From a virus (Duplodnaviria > Caudoviricetes), in the IMG/VR virus record IMGVR_UViG_3300048839_001287, positions 1 through 58,045 of that record: a stretch of DNA of 58,045 nucleotides, one strand, 5' to 3'. The first letter of the stretch is position 1, and every line of letters begins with the position of its first letter. The notes beneath the pieces are model-generated. The model was not told where the DNA came from. It made no database searches and saw only the letters and a list, made by a program, of their open reading frames with translations. Of this stretch, positions 1 through 7,182 are shown piece after piece. Both the position numbers and the translations under genes were made by a program.

Positions 1-102
1 GATGAATCTGAAACCATTATTACTGTAAAAGATGTCTTTGGAAATATTATTTTTTATCTACATCTTAAAGGTGAATATGAAGTTAAAGTAGATAAATTAT
101 GA
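1..102 (+). CDS. Hypothetical protein, 3' end (truncated by window)
   Basis: Open frame from base 1 (DESETIITVKDVFG...) to TGA at 100-102, overlapping the next ATG (ATGA coupling). Confidence 0.5.
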   Translation, partial: DESETIITVKDVFGNIIFYLHLKGEYEVKVDKL

Positions 103-242
103 TAAAGATATTATTTCAATTGCCAAATTTAGTAGGCAAACTGGCAGTAAAAACTTTGGTAGAAGCTTTGGCCTTTATTCGTGAATGTTACGAACAAGGA
201 GGACAAGCAAAAATTGAAAGAGATGAAAAAACCAAAGATTAA
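99..242 (+). CDS. Small hypothetical protein (47 aa)
   Basis: ATG at 99 overlaps the upstream stop; MIKILFQLPNLVGK...EKTKD*. Below the ORF-track size cutoff. Confidence 0.5.
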   Translation: MIKILFQLPNLVGKLAVKTLVEALAFIRECYEQGGQAKIERDEKTKD

Positions 243-411
243 AGACGTAATCGTCGAAGACAAAAAAACCGGCCTTTTAATTATTTACCAACCAAAACCG
301 GAAAAAGGTTTACCGCCAAAACCCAGCAAGTTTCAAGAGTGGTTGGAGGAAATAGCAGAAGAACGGTTGGAAAATGAAGCCATAGATTGGGCTACAACCG
401 ATTTTGACTAA
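223..411 (+). CDS. Hypothetical protein
   Basis: Track ORF 181..411; the ATG at 223 (MKKPKIKD) fits gene packing better than the GTG at 181. Confidence 0.55.
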   Translation: MKKPKIKDVIVEDKKTGLLIIYQPKPEKGLPPKPSKFQEWLEEIAEERLENEAIDWATTDFD

Positions 412-421
412 TAATAATAAT

Positions 422-484
422 ATGGGAATATTTGTTTTACTTATCATGATTTGGCTGCAATTTGTAGTCAATGACAAAAAATAA
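422..484 (+). CDS. Possible 20-aa hydrophobic peptide
   Basis: MGIFVLLIMIWLQFVVNDKK* fills the gap before the tRNAs and has an A-rich leader. Confidence 0.3.
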   Translation: MGIFVLLIMIWLQFVVNDKK

Positions 485-490
485 CATCGT

Positions 491-563
491 TGGCCTGAAG
501 CTCAATTGGTAGAGCAGTGGGCTCATAACCCAAAGGAAGCTGGTTCAAATCCAGTCGGGCCAA
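491..563 (+). tRNA. tRNA with CAT anticodon (Met/fMet-like; Ile2 not excluded)
   Basis: Cloverleaf: TGGCCTG/CGGGCCA acceptor, GCTC/GAGC D-stem, GTGGG-CTCATAA-CCCAA anticodon arm, GCTGG-TTCAAAT-CCAGT T-arm. CCA not encoded. Confidence 0.9.
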
Positions 564-639
564 CAGTGTTTCGGCCTCATAGTTCAAGGGATAGAACCGC
601 GGTCTTTAAGCTATAATAGGAGCACATAGTTAGTAATAA

Positions 640-1161
640 TTATGTGAATTCTGGCTGTTCAGGAAAGTCTAAAAATAACAAGCCATGGTCAAATTCCCAG
701 TGGCAATTTCTGCATAACTGAATTATGTTATTGCGAGCATTTGCTTCGCCTACCGTTTGGTCTTCAGAAAATGAAGATAGTGGTTTTATATGACATAATT
801 CTACATGCTTGTCATAACCACAGTTTGCACATGGGAGCTTTATTAAATCCTTGTATTTGCTTCTTGCAAGTCCTCGGATATGAGCATTTTTACTGGAAGT
901 GTGAAGATTAGTTAAACATTTTCTGTTCCAGTATTCTTTTAAAGGAAGAGTTTGAAAATAATCATAACGAGTTTCTGTATATTCTTTATGGTGTTTTTCA
1001 CATAATGTGTGTCGGTAACTCTTTACTGGTTTACCACATTTAGTGCAAGTTTTCTTAGTTTTCCTTTTAGGATAAAGCTTATTCGTAACAATTGCAGCAC
1101 AAGAACTAGAACAAAACTTTGGATTGTTTGTCTCTTTGTTGCAGTTAATACAGTTATTCAT
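640..1161 (-). CDS. Intron-encoded HNH homing endonuclease, antisense to the intron
   Basis: CANCG...ELCHIKP...NARNNIIQLCRNCHWEFD HNH/zinc motif plus N-terminal Cys clusters (CINC...FCSSSC; CTKC...LCEKH). Confidence 0.85.
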   Translation of the reverse strand: MNNCINCNKETNNPKFCSSSCAAIVTNKLYPKRKTKKTCTKCGKPVKSYRHTLCEKHHKEYTETRYDYFQTLPLKEYWNRKCLTNLHTSSKNAHIRGLARSKYKDLIKLPCANCGYDKHVELCHIKPLSSFSEDQTVGEANARNNIIQLCRNCHWEFDHGLLFLDFPEQPEFT

Positions 1162-1257
1162 GATAATCGTGAGCTTATTTATTTAATAAATGAGTGCAGA
1201 GACTGTACGCCAGACACCCCACCATATAAAATGAGGGTGAAGAGACAGTCCAGACCA

Positions 1258-1266
1258 CAAATATAC
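1258..1266 (-). promoter_or_regulatory. Candidate Bacteroidota -7 promoter box (TAnnTTTG) for the HNH gene
   Basis: Minus strand GTATATTTG about 95 nt upstream of the HNH ATG, with the same context as the box at 54242-54250. The motif is short and can occur by chance. Confidence 0.45.
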
Positions 1267-1441
1267 ACAAAATAATCGAACAACGAGGTTTTATTTTAAT
1301 ATAAGTTAAAGTTCGAGTGTATAGCGATGAAAATCGTAGTCGGTAAGCTAAACCGCTAATTCCAGTTCGAGTCTGGATGGGGCTACTAATAAAAAATAAA
1401 AAAGAATTTTATACCTTTCTAAAGCTTTAAGAAGCCCTGCA

Positions 1442-1515
1442 TTTTAGGTGGGAAGATCTGTACTACGTGTACAGTAGAGAGGAAGAGGGCGGTTCTGAGA
1501 ACTGCCCACTTAAAA
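1442..1515 (+). ncRNA. Structured GC-rich intergenic element (possible three-way junction RNA)
   Basis: TTTTAGGT(GGG)/(CCC)ACTTAAAA outer helix encloses the hairpins CTGTAC/GTACAG and GGGCGGTTC/GAACTGCCC. Confidence 0.35.
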
Positions 1516-1524
1516 AAAATTAAA

Positions 1525-1752
1525 ATGGACCCGAATCAAAAATATCCTTATAACAGAGAGCAACTAGATACCTTAATTAGAATGTATAATCACGCATATG
1601 CGATAATGATTTTACAAAAAATTAAAAAGGGGATAAAACCAGAGGAAATAAAAGCCGAAGAAGAGGCTTTATTTTCACAGGCCCAAAAAGAATTTAATGA
1701 AAATGGCGGGTTAGACAATACCTTTAAAATGTTAGAAGAGGAAACAAAATGA
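1525..1752 (+). CDS. Hypothetical protein
   Basis: ORF with A-rich leader and ATGA coupling to the next gene. Confidence 0.65.
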   Translation: MDPNQKYPYNREQLDTLIRMYNHAYAIMILQKIKKGIKPEEIKAEEEALFSQAQKEFNENGGLDNTFKMLEEETK

Positions 1753-1967
1753 TAGAAGGATATAAAAGAATCCATATGACGGGATTTGCAATAACATTTA
1801 TTTTTTTGCTGATCTTTCGGTTCTTAATTGATTGGAAAAAGATGCAGAAAAATGAATGGGCAGAGATTGCCTTTATTGCGTTTTTTTGGGAATACTATTT
1901 AATTAAAACAATATGGGAATTATTCCAGAATTTAATTTTAGGACTTCGCGCGAAAACGCGGAAATAA
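1749..1967 (+). CDS. Small membrane protein
   Basis: Two hydrophobic segments (GFAITFIFLLIFRFLI; IAFIAFFWEYYLI). Confidence 0.6.
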   Translation: MIEGYKRIHMTGFAITFIFLLIFRFLIDWKKMQKNEWAEIAFIAFFWEYYLIKTIWELFQNLILGLRAKTRK

Positions 1968-2212
1968 AATTCGCAGAATTAATTGATCATATGGGAAATC
2001 TAACTCCAGGCGCATATGTAGGAGTTATGCTCCCATTTTCTACAAACATAGAAGACGATATTCTTCTTGTCTTGCGAGAAGATTACCGCACTGTTTACAG
2101 AAAAAAAAATAATTTGATCTGGGAAGATACATCATCCGGTCTTACCAGACAAGCAACAGAAACAATTGAAACTCTTGCAAGGAAGAATTTCGATTGGTCT
2201 AATTGGACATAA
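1913..2212 (+). CDS. Hypothetical protein
   Basis: 99-aa ORF that stops immediately before tRNA-Leu. Confidence 0.55.
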   Translation: MGIIPEFNFRTSRENAEIKFAELIDHMGNLTPGAYVGVMLPFSTNIEDDILLVLREDYRTVYRKKNNLIWEDTSSGLTRQATETIETLARKNFDWSNWT

Positions 2213-2213
2213 C

Positions 2214-2297
2214 GGGGTTGTGCTGGAACTGGAATACAGGATGGTCTTAAAAACCATTGCCCAGAAGGGATTGGGGGTTCGAATCTCCCCTGCCCCA
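2214..2297 (+). tRNA. tRNA-Leu(TAA)
   Basis: GGGGTTG/CTGCCCC acceptor, ATGGT-CTTAAAA-ACCAT anticodon arm, long variable arm, GGGGG-TTCGAAT-CTCCC T-arm, discriminator A. Confidence 0.92.
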
Positions 2298-2315
2298 CTA
2301 AAATTAACTAATATT

Positions 2316-2645
2316 ATGACAGAACAAGAACAACGAAGCAAGGAATATTACGGGTTGCTGTACTTTATTTGTGTGGCAGAAGAAATACTACAAATACTGG
2401 CAAAAAACTCTATTATTACGCATCAAAGAGAAGTGGAAGATTATTGGAAAAAAATGCAAGGAATAGCTTTTGAAAAATACGCGGAAATTCAAAGAAAGGG
2501 AAAAATTTCCTCAGAAACTTTAGATAAAATACTCAAAGACTTTTATCTAAAGAACTACAGAAATTACTTTGAAGCCAGGTTTTTCCGTCCCGAGGTTATT
2601 CCACAACTGGATAGAGTACTAACCCTGCTAAAAATTAAATCATGA
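2316..2645 (+). CDS. Hypothetical protein
   Basis: Track ORF 2166..2645 runs through tRNA-Leu; the plausible start is ATG 2316 (MTEQEQ). Confidence 0.6.
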   Translation: MTEQEQRSKEYYGLLYFICVAEEILQILAKNSIITHQREVEDYWKKMQGIAFEKYAEIQRKGKISSETLDKILKDFYLKNYRNYFEARFFRPEVIPQLDRVLTLLKIKS

Positions 2646-2920
2646 CGCAACAACAAAACATAAGAAGAGAGGACCGCTCTCTTCATATAAAAGAATTGGT
2701 AGAAAAGAAACATCTTAAAGTTTTGCGCGAAAGGCGTACTAATAAAGCTTTGAATGTTTCTTATACAGAAGATGGATTAAAATTTACCATGAATAAAACT
2801 GGTAGATATATTTTTGATCCGGAAAAAAATTATGTGGAAGAATTTAATCCACGGGAATTTAAAGATCCACACCTTCAAAAATGCGAGGTTATTTGGATCA
2901 TGAAAGCCACTAAACTTTAG
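2642..2920 (+). CDS. Hypothetical protein
   Basis: ATGA-coupled 92-aa ORF. Confidence 0.6.
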   Translation: MTQQQNIRREDRSLHIKELVEKKHLKVLRERRTNKALNVSYTEDGLKFTMNKTGRYIFDPEKNYVEEFNPREFKDPHLQKCEVIWIMKATKL

Positions 2921-2947
2921 TGGTATTTTTTCATTAAAGAAATTAGT

Positions 2948-3451
2948 ATGAAATATGCAATTATGGCTATTCTTGTGTTGTTTACGTCGTTAGGTAACGG
3001 CAACTCAACAAGTAAAGAAAGTCCGGTACTGTACCAAGCTACACTTACAGAAGTATTGGTAACAGCAAAAAAATACACCAAAGAAGAGCTTGCCGCAGCA
3101 GAAAAATGCGTGTGCGGAGAAGCCGAAGGACAATCATTAACAGGCAAAATAGCCGTGATGAACGTCATTCAAAATAGAATGGAAAGAAGAAATAAAAATC
3201 TTCTTGAAGTTGTGTACCGTAAAGGCCAATTTGATGGTATGAAATCAAAAAGACCTATTACAGCAGAATGCAAAAAAGCAGTACGTATGGCTCTATTTGA
3301 AGACATACGAATCTTACCAAAGGATGTCGTGTATTTCCATAATAAGGATATAGCGACGGATAAAGGTTGGATAAACAAATTGTATAAAACAAAAATTCGT
3401 TGGGGGCAAATTGAAGACCACGAATTTTTCTCATTCATAGACAAACCATGA
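2948..3451 (+). CDS. SleB-like cell wall hydrolase (Hydrolase_2 family) with N-terminal signal/anchor
   Basis: GEAEGQSLTGKIAVMNVIQNR...VVYRKGQF...YFHN...IEDHEF pattern and hydrophobic N-terminus. Confidence 0.85.
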   Translation: MKYAIMAILVLFTSLGNGNSTSKESPVLYQATLTEVLVTAKKYTKEELAAAEKCVCGEAEGQSLTGKIAVMNVIQNRMERRNKNLLEVVYRKGQFDGMKSKRPITAECKKAVRMALFEDIRILPKDVVYFHNKDIATDKGWINKLYKTKIRWGQIEDHEFFSFIDKP

Positions 3452-3684
3452 GGCAATTACCTAGATATCAAATGTGGCTTCTCAATTTTGTTGAACTACT
3501 TGAAATTCTCATAAGTATTGTTTCTTTTACATACGTTCGCCCTTCGTGGGCATTAAAAATCCACGCAAAATGTTTACTAAGAAAGCAAAAGAACTGCTCA
3601 AAGCGCTTATTGAAAGAAACGCAGAGGACATCAGTCGAGAATACAACCAAAGCGGTTTATCTTGGGAAGAGAGACGCCTTTTAA
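3448..3684 (+). CDS. Hypothetical protein, possible membrane segment
   Basis: ATGA-coupled to the SleB-like gene; overlaps the next ORF. Confidence 0.45.
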   Translation: MRQLPRYQMWLLNFVELLEILISIVSFTYVRPSWALKIHAKCLLRKQKNCSKRLLKETQRTSVENTTKAVYLGKRDAF

Positions 3685-3743
3685 AAAAATCGGTAGAAGA
3701 TGCTAAAAAGAAAGAAGAAGAGAATAAAAGACCTCGAACCTAA
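3570..3743 (+). CDS. Hypothetical protein
   Basis: Charged helical ORF (MFTKKAKELLK...); start uncertain (3546 or 3570). Confidence 0.4.
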   Translation: MFTKKAKELLKALIERNAEDISREYNQSGLSWEERRLLKKSVEDAKKKEEENKRPRT

Positions 3744-4086
3744 GGTGGGGTCTCTTATTCCAATTTATTTGGATTATAAAAACCAACTTAAATTTGAAGG
3801 TTTTGCCAAATTAATAAGAAAGGAGCCACAAATTTCTCTAACATTCTTTGCTGATAACGAAGAGTTTTCAGAAGAGTGGCATCCGAATATCTATGTAGCA
3901 GAAAGATGGCTTGTGGAATTTACTTCATGGCAAAAAACCATTTTTCGTACTCATAGGTGGATTAGAAGATTAGTGAGACCAGCTACGAGAATAAGGAAAG
4001 GCGGAGATAGCGTAATGTCGTTATATACCACCTATGATCAAAACATTGAAGAGGAAATATTACCAGAAACAGATTTTTGGGAATGA
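3700..4086 (+). CDS. Hypothetical protein
   Basis: 128-aa ORF in a packed operon. Confidence 0.6.
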   Translation: MLKRKKKRIKDLEPKVGSLIPIYLDYKNQLKFEGFAKLIRKEPQISLTFFADNEEFSEEWHPNIYVAERWLVEFTSWQKTIFRTHRWIRRLVRPATRIRKGGDSVMSLYTTYDQNIEEEILPETDFWE

Positions 4087-4376
4087 AACAATTATACGAA
4101 GACTTTAAAAAAAGCATTGTGGATTACTATCAGGCCATTCCAAAAGGAATTTATAAGTTCCCGCCGGATTATTGGATATTACATTTTACACATAGTTTAG
4201 AATGTAAAGAGCTGGTAAAAACCAAAAATGATGTTTATATAAATACAAGAAGTATTGACGGAGAAAAAATTCGAGTCAGATGGAACGCCCTAATCCCAGA
4301 ACAGCTTATGTATATAGCACAAACATTGGAAGATGATATACAAAATAAACAAAAAGACAATAGCAATAAGCTCTAA
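4083..4376 (+). CDS. Hypothetical protein
   Basis: ATGA-coupled start at 4083. Confidence 0.6.
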   Translation: MKQLYEDFKKSIVDYYQAIPKGIYKFPPDYWILHFTHSLECKELVKTKNDVYINTRSIDGEKIRVRWNALIPEQLMYIAQTLEDDIQNKQKDNSNKL

Positions 4377-6306
4377 AGAAGAGTGTCTTTCATTTTTGGA
4401 AAAAACTAAAACGGTAGGACTTGATATTGAAACTACGAAAAAATACCAAGGAAAGGTTTATGGAAACAGAGAAGGTTTAGACCCTTATACTTCAGAAATC
4501 ATAATGCTTCAATTTGGTAATGAAACAACTCAATATATTTTAGACACCAGGGTTGTAGACAAAAAAATAGTTATTGAGATTCTCGAAAAAATTAACGAGA
4601 AACCTATAATCGGACACAACTTAAAGTTCGAGTATAAACACATTCTTCATAATTATGGTGTTCGTTTGAAAGATTTAAATGATACCATGATAGCCGAATC
4701 AGTTATTGAATGTGGAGATACTAGAGGCAAGTTAGGCTTGAAACAACTTGCTGTAAAATATCTTGGAGAAGAGTGGGAGCAGGAAATTGATAAATCAACA
4801 AGAATCCAATTTTTGGATATTGGTGATAAAGAATTCTCAGAAGAACAATTAATATATGGTGCATTGGATATTGTAATGCCGTGTTCCATTATTAAAGCGC
4901 AAAAGAGAAAACTTCAGTATCTTGACCTACAAGATACGTTTTCTTTTGAGAAACAGTTTATTCCTGTTCTTGGAGAAATGGAATATAACGGTAAATATAT
5001 CAATCGAACAAAATGGATGGATATTTATCGTAAAAATCTTGAGCGGTTTTATTCCTATGAAAAACAGCTTAATACGGCTTTAGAATCTAACCCAGATATG
5101 TTTGCTCCTTTTCTTGATGATGGTAAAGCAAATATATTGTGGACATCTTCTAAACAAGTTATTCCAGTAATGCAAACTATTGGAGTAGATACTTGGGTAA
5201 AAGATAAGATAAAAACTAAGAAAACCGGAAAGGCTTCCTATAAACATTCTGTTGAGGCAAAACACCTCAGAAAATATCTTCATCTTGATTTGGTAAAAAT
5301 GTATCTCAAATATAAAACTCTTGAGAAATATGTTACCAGTTATGGGGAAAAGTTTCTTGATAATGTGAATCCTATCACAGGAAGAATTCATCCTGATTTT
5401 TGGCAAATTGTAAACACAGGAAGAACTTCTTGTCAAAATCCAAATCTTCAGAATATTACTTCTGGAGAATTTAGAGATTGCTTTACTGCTACTGATGAGG
5501 AACATAAATTAGTGTGTTGCGATTTTTCTTCGCAGGAGCCGAGGGTAACAGCCCACTATTGCCAAGATCCTGCTTTAATGGAATTATTCCTTAAAGGAGA
5601 CGGGGATACACATAGTTTGATTGCCCGCAAAGTATTTGAGGTTATAGAAAACAAGCCTCAAATTATTGATAAGCATAATGAAGGTTGGTCAGAGAAGTTT
5701 AATATGACCAAAAGAAAAGTAGGTAAAACTATTAATCTTGGTCTTGATTATGGTAAATCTGCATTTTCATTAAAAGCCGATCTTGGTATTACTCAAGAAG
5801 AAGCAGAGGATATTTACAACGCCGTAAGGAATGCCTTTCCATTAAAAGAAAAATATTTTGAAAAAAAGAGAGTAGAAACTTTTAAGAATGGGTATGTATT
5901 AATCGATCCAATTATTAAAAGAAAGTCTTTTGTAAAAGCTTCGTTGAATCGTTATAAATATTTATCGAAGAAAAAAGATAAATCAGATGAAGAAAGATCT
6001 GAATTATTCTCTATTGAAGGCTCTTTGCAAAGAGATAGTAACAACTATCCTACCCAAGGAACGGCGGCTTCTATGACAAAACAAGCTTTGATTCTGATTT
6101 ATCAGTGGCAAGATAAAAATAAAGCTTGGAATAAATTTAAAGTTGTGAATGCTGTTCACGATGAAATAGTTGTAGAAAGTACTATTGATTATACTGAAAA
6201 GGCGGCCAAAGTAGTTCAATGGGCCATGATCAAAGCAGGAAAAATATTTTGTTCTACTATCCCAATGGTAGCAGAACCAATCATATCAGATAAATGGGAA
6301 CATTAA
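4333..6306 (+). CDS. polA: Family A DNA polymerase (3'-5' exonuclease + polymerase)
   Basis: ExoI GLDIETT, ExoII GHNLKFE, ExoIII YGALD; TGRTSCQNPNLQNI; motif A DFSSQEPR; motif B RKVGKTINLGLDYG; motif C VHDEIV. Confidence 0.97.
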   Translation: MIYKINKKTIAISSKEECLSFLEKTKTVGLDIETTKKYQGKVYGNREGLDPYTSEIIMLQFGNETTQYILDTRVVDKKIVIEILEKINEKPIIGHNLKFEYKHILHNYGVRLKDLNDTMIAESVIECGDTRGKLGLKQLAVKYLGEEWEQEIDKSTRIQFLDIGDKEFSEEQLIYGALDIVMPCSIIKAQKRKLQYLDLQDTFSFEKQFIPVLGEMEYNGKYINRTKWMDIYRKNLERFYSYEKQLNTALESNPDMFAPFLDDGKANILWTSSKQVIPVMQTIGVDTWVKDKIKTKKTGKASYKHSVEAKHLRKYLHLDLVKMYLKYKTLEKYVTSYGEKFLDNVNPITGRIHPDFWQIVNTGRTSCQNPNLQNITSGEFRDCFTATDEEHKLVCCDFSSQEPRVTAHYCQDPALMELFLKGDGDTHSLIARKVFEVIENKPQIIDKHNEGWSEKFNMTKRKVGKTINLGLDYGKSAFSLKADLGITQEEAEDIYNAVRNAFPLKEKYFEKKRVETFKNGYVLIDPIIKRKSFVKASLNRYKYLSKKKDKSDEERSELFSIEGSLQRDSNNYPTQGTAASMTKQALILIYQWQDKNKAWNKFKVVNAVHDEIVVESTIDYTEKAAKVVQWAMIKAGKIFCSTIPMVAEPIISDKWEH

Positions 6307-6518
6307 CATTAAATGACAAACAACTGCACATTATACAAATAGCAGTTGCTTTAACTTTCTATCAGGAAGCCAAAGTAGCTGGTATACAAGAAGATGGTCC
6401 AGTTGTTTATTTAGACAATTGGACAAGCCTAAATTTTGTTAGTCCTTATCAAATTGTGCAAACTAAAAGAAACATCCAAATTCAAAAAAAGATTAAATGG
6501 TTACAGATAGAAGAGTAA
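6294..6518 (+). CDS. Hypothetical protein
   Basis: Packed ORF. Confidence 0.55.
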   Translation: MGTLTLNDKQLHIIQIAVALTFYQEAKVAGIQEDGPVVYLDNWTSLNFVSPYQIVQTKRNIQIQKKIKWLQIEE

Positions 6519-6748
6519 GCAGAGACGAATTAAGAAAAATCTCTGCGGATTATGATATATTGCAGACCATGTTTCCAGAAGAGCTTTTTACGGATTGGCT
6601 ACGTCGGACAGATGAACCCGATGTGTTCCATAAAAAGGGAAGGAGCAGTGTAGCCTATCTAGACTTAGGGAAGGCTTCCTGTATAAGGAAAATGGACAAA
6701 AACCTAAAAAAAAGATGCAAGAAAGAGGGCACGAAGATTACGGAATGA
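6497..6748 (+). CDS. Hypothetical protein
   Basis: Packed ORF; stop overlaps the ATG at 6745. Confidence 0.55.
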   Translation: MVTDRRVSRDELRKISADYDILQTMFPEELFTDWLRRTDEPDVFHKKGRSSVAYLDLGKASCIRKMDKNLKKRCKKEGTKITE

Positions 6749-7182
6749 TTAGAATCATTCCCGATAAACTCCAATTAGGAGTTGATTACACTAAAACCAT
6801 GTCCTTCGATGACGCACAAAGATTAGCTGATAGACTCGGCCTTGATCTTGTGTGTGTCAACGAAGCCGCTTTAATATATACAATTACAAACGAAGAAAAG
6901 TTCCTTTATGCTGAAAAGAAAAGAAAGAAAAATAAGCCAAAGGAGCAAAAAACAATAAAAATTAAAGCGGGTATTTCTTCTGCTGATTTAGCTAGAAAAT
7001 TAGAAAATATACTAGAATTCAAAAAAGAAGGACATCCAGTAAAGATTGAGTGGTTCATTCCACAAAGAATGAAAAATGATGTTAATATTACAGCCTTCAA
7101 ATCTTTTTTAACTGTTTTATCTAGCCATTTTCTTGTCAAAATTCCAGAAACGATCGAGATAAAAACCATTTTATATATATGA
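6745..7182 (+). CDS. infC: Translation initiation factor IF3 homologue
   Basis: N-domain MSFDDAQRLADRLGLDLVCVN, basic linker YAEKKRKK, C-domain KTIKIKAGISSADLARKLENILEFKKEGHPVKI match the IF3 architecture; C-terminus looks shortened. Confidence 0.8.
   Translation: MIRIIPDKLQLGVDYTKTMSFDDAQRLADRLGLDLVCVNEAALIYTITNEEKFLYAEKKRKKNKPKEQKTIKIKAGISSADLARKLENILEFKKEGHPVKIEWFIPQRMKNDVNITAFKSFLTVLSSHFLVKIPETIEIKTILYI

Larger units (their letters stand above)
607..1347 (+). mobile_element. Group I self-splicing intron (741 nt) in the tRNA-Arg anticodon, after U34
   Basis: 5' exon ends in U and intron ends in G. P1 CUU/GAG(620-622) with U.G wobble; P10 UAG(617-619)/CUA; P2 hairpin with GTAA loop (623-646); P3 TCTGGC/GCCAGA; P4 GTTCAGGA/TCGTGAGC; R element TGCAGAGACTGTACG; S element AAGAGACAGTCC; GAAA-capped terminal hairpin 1324-1337. 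Confidence 0.9.
573..1385 (+). tRNA. tRNA-Arg(TCT), intron-split: exons 573-606 and 1348-1385
   Basis: Joined exons give GGCCTCA/TGGGGCT acceptor, GTTC/GAAC D-stem with A20, GCGGT-CTT^CTAA-ACCGC anticodon arm (7-nt loop, UCU) and TCCAG-TTCGAGT-CTGGA T-arm. Confidence 0.9.

Noticed and set aside
1009-1275. 88-aa plus-strand ORF inside the intron
   Set aside because: Shadow of the HNH gene and ribozyme core, with no recognisable motif.
604-1352. Amber-suppressor (CUA) reading of the split tRNA, since the 3' exon starts CTA
   Set aside because: Splicing after U605 gives a 6-nt loop. The P1 U.G pair and P10 place the junction after U606, giving a 7-nt UCU loop, and A20 supports Arg.
1431-1455. 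Resemblance of GAAGCCCTGCATTTTAGGTGGG to IS200/IS605 end hairpins
   Set aside because: Pairing is imperfect and there is no tnpA, tnpB or partner end in the window.
564-2315. HDV-like theta ribozymes at tRNA 3' ends
   Set aside because: The sequence directly after each tRNA is short or AT-rich, and I could not build a nested pseudoknot.
2095-2341. ORFs crossing tRNA-Leu (2095..2298 -, 2132..2341 -, 5' part of 2166..2645 +)
   Set aside because: Explained by the GC-rich tRNA sequence.
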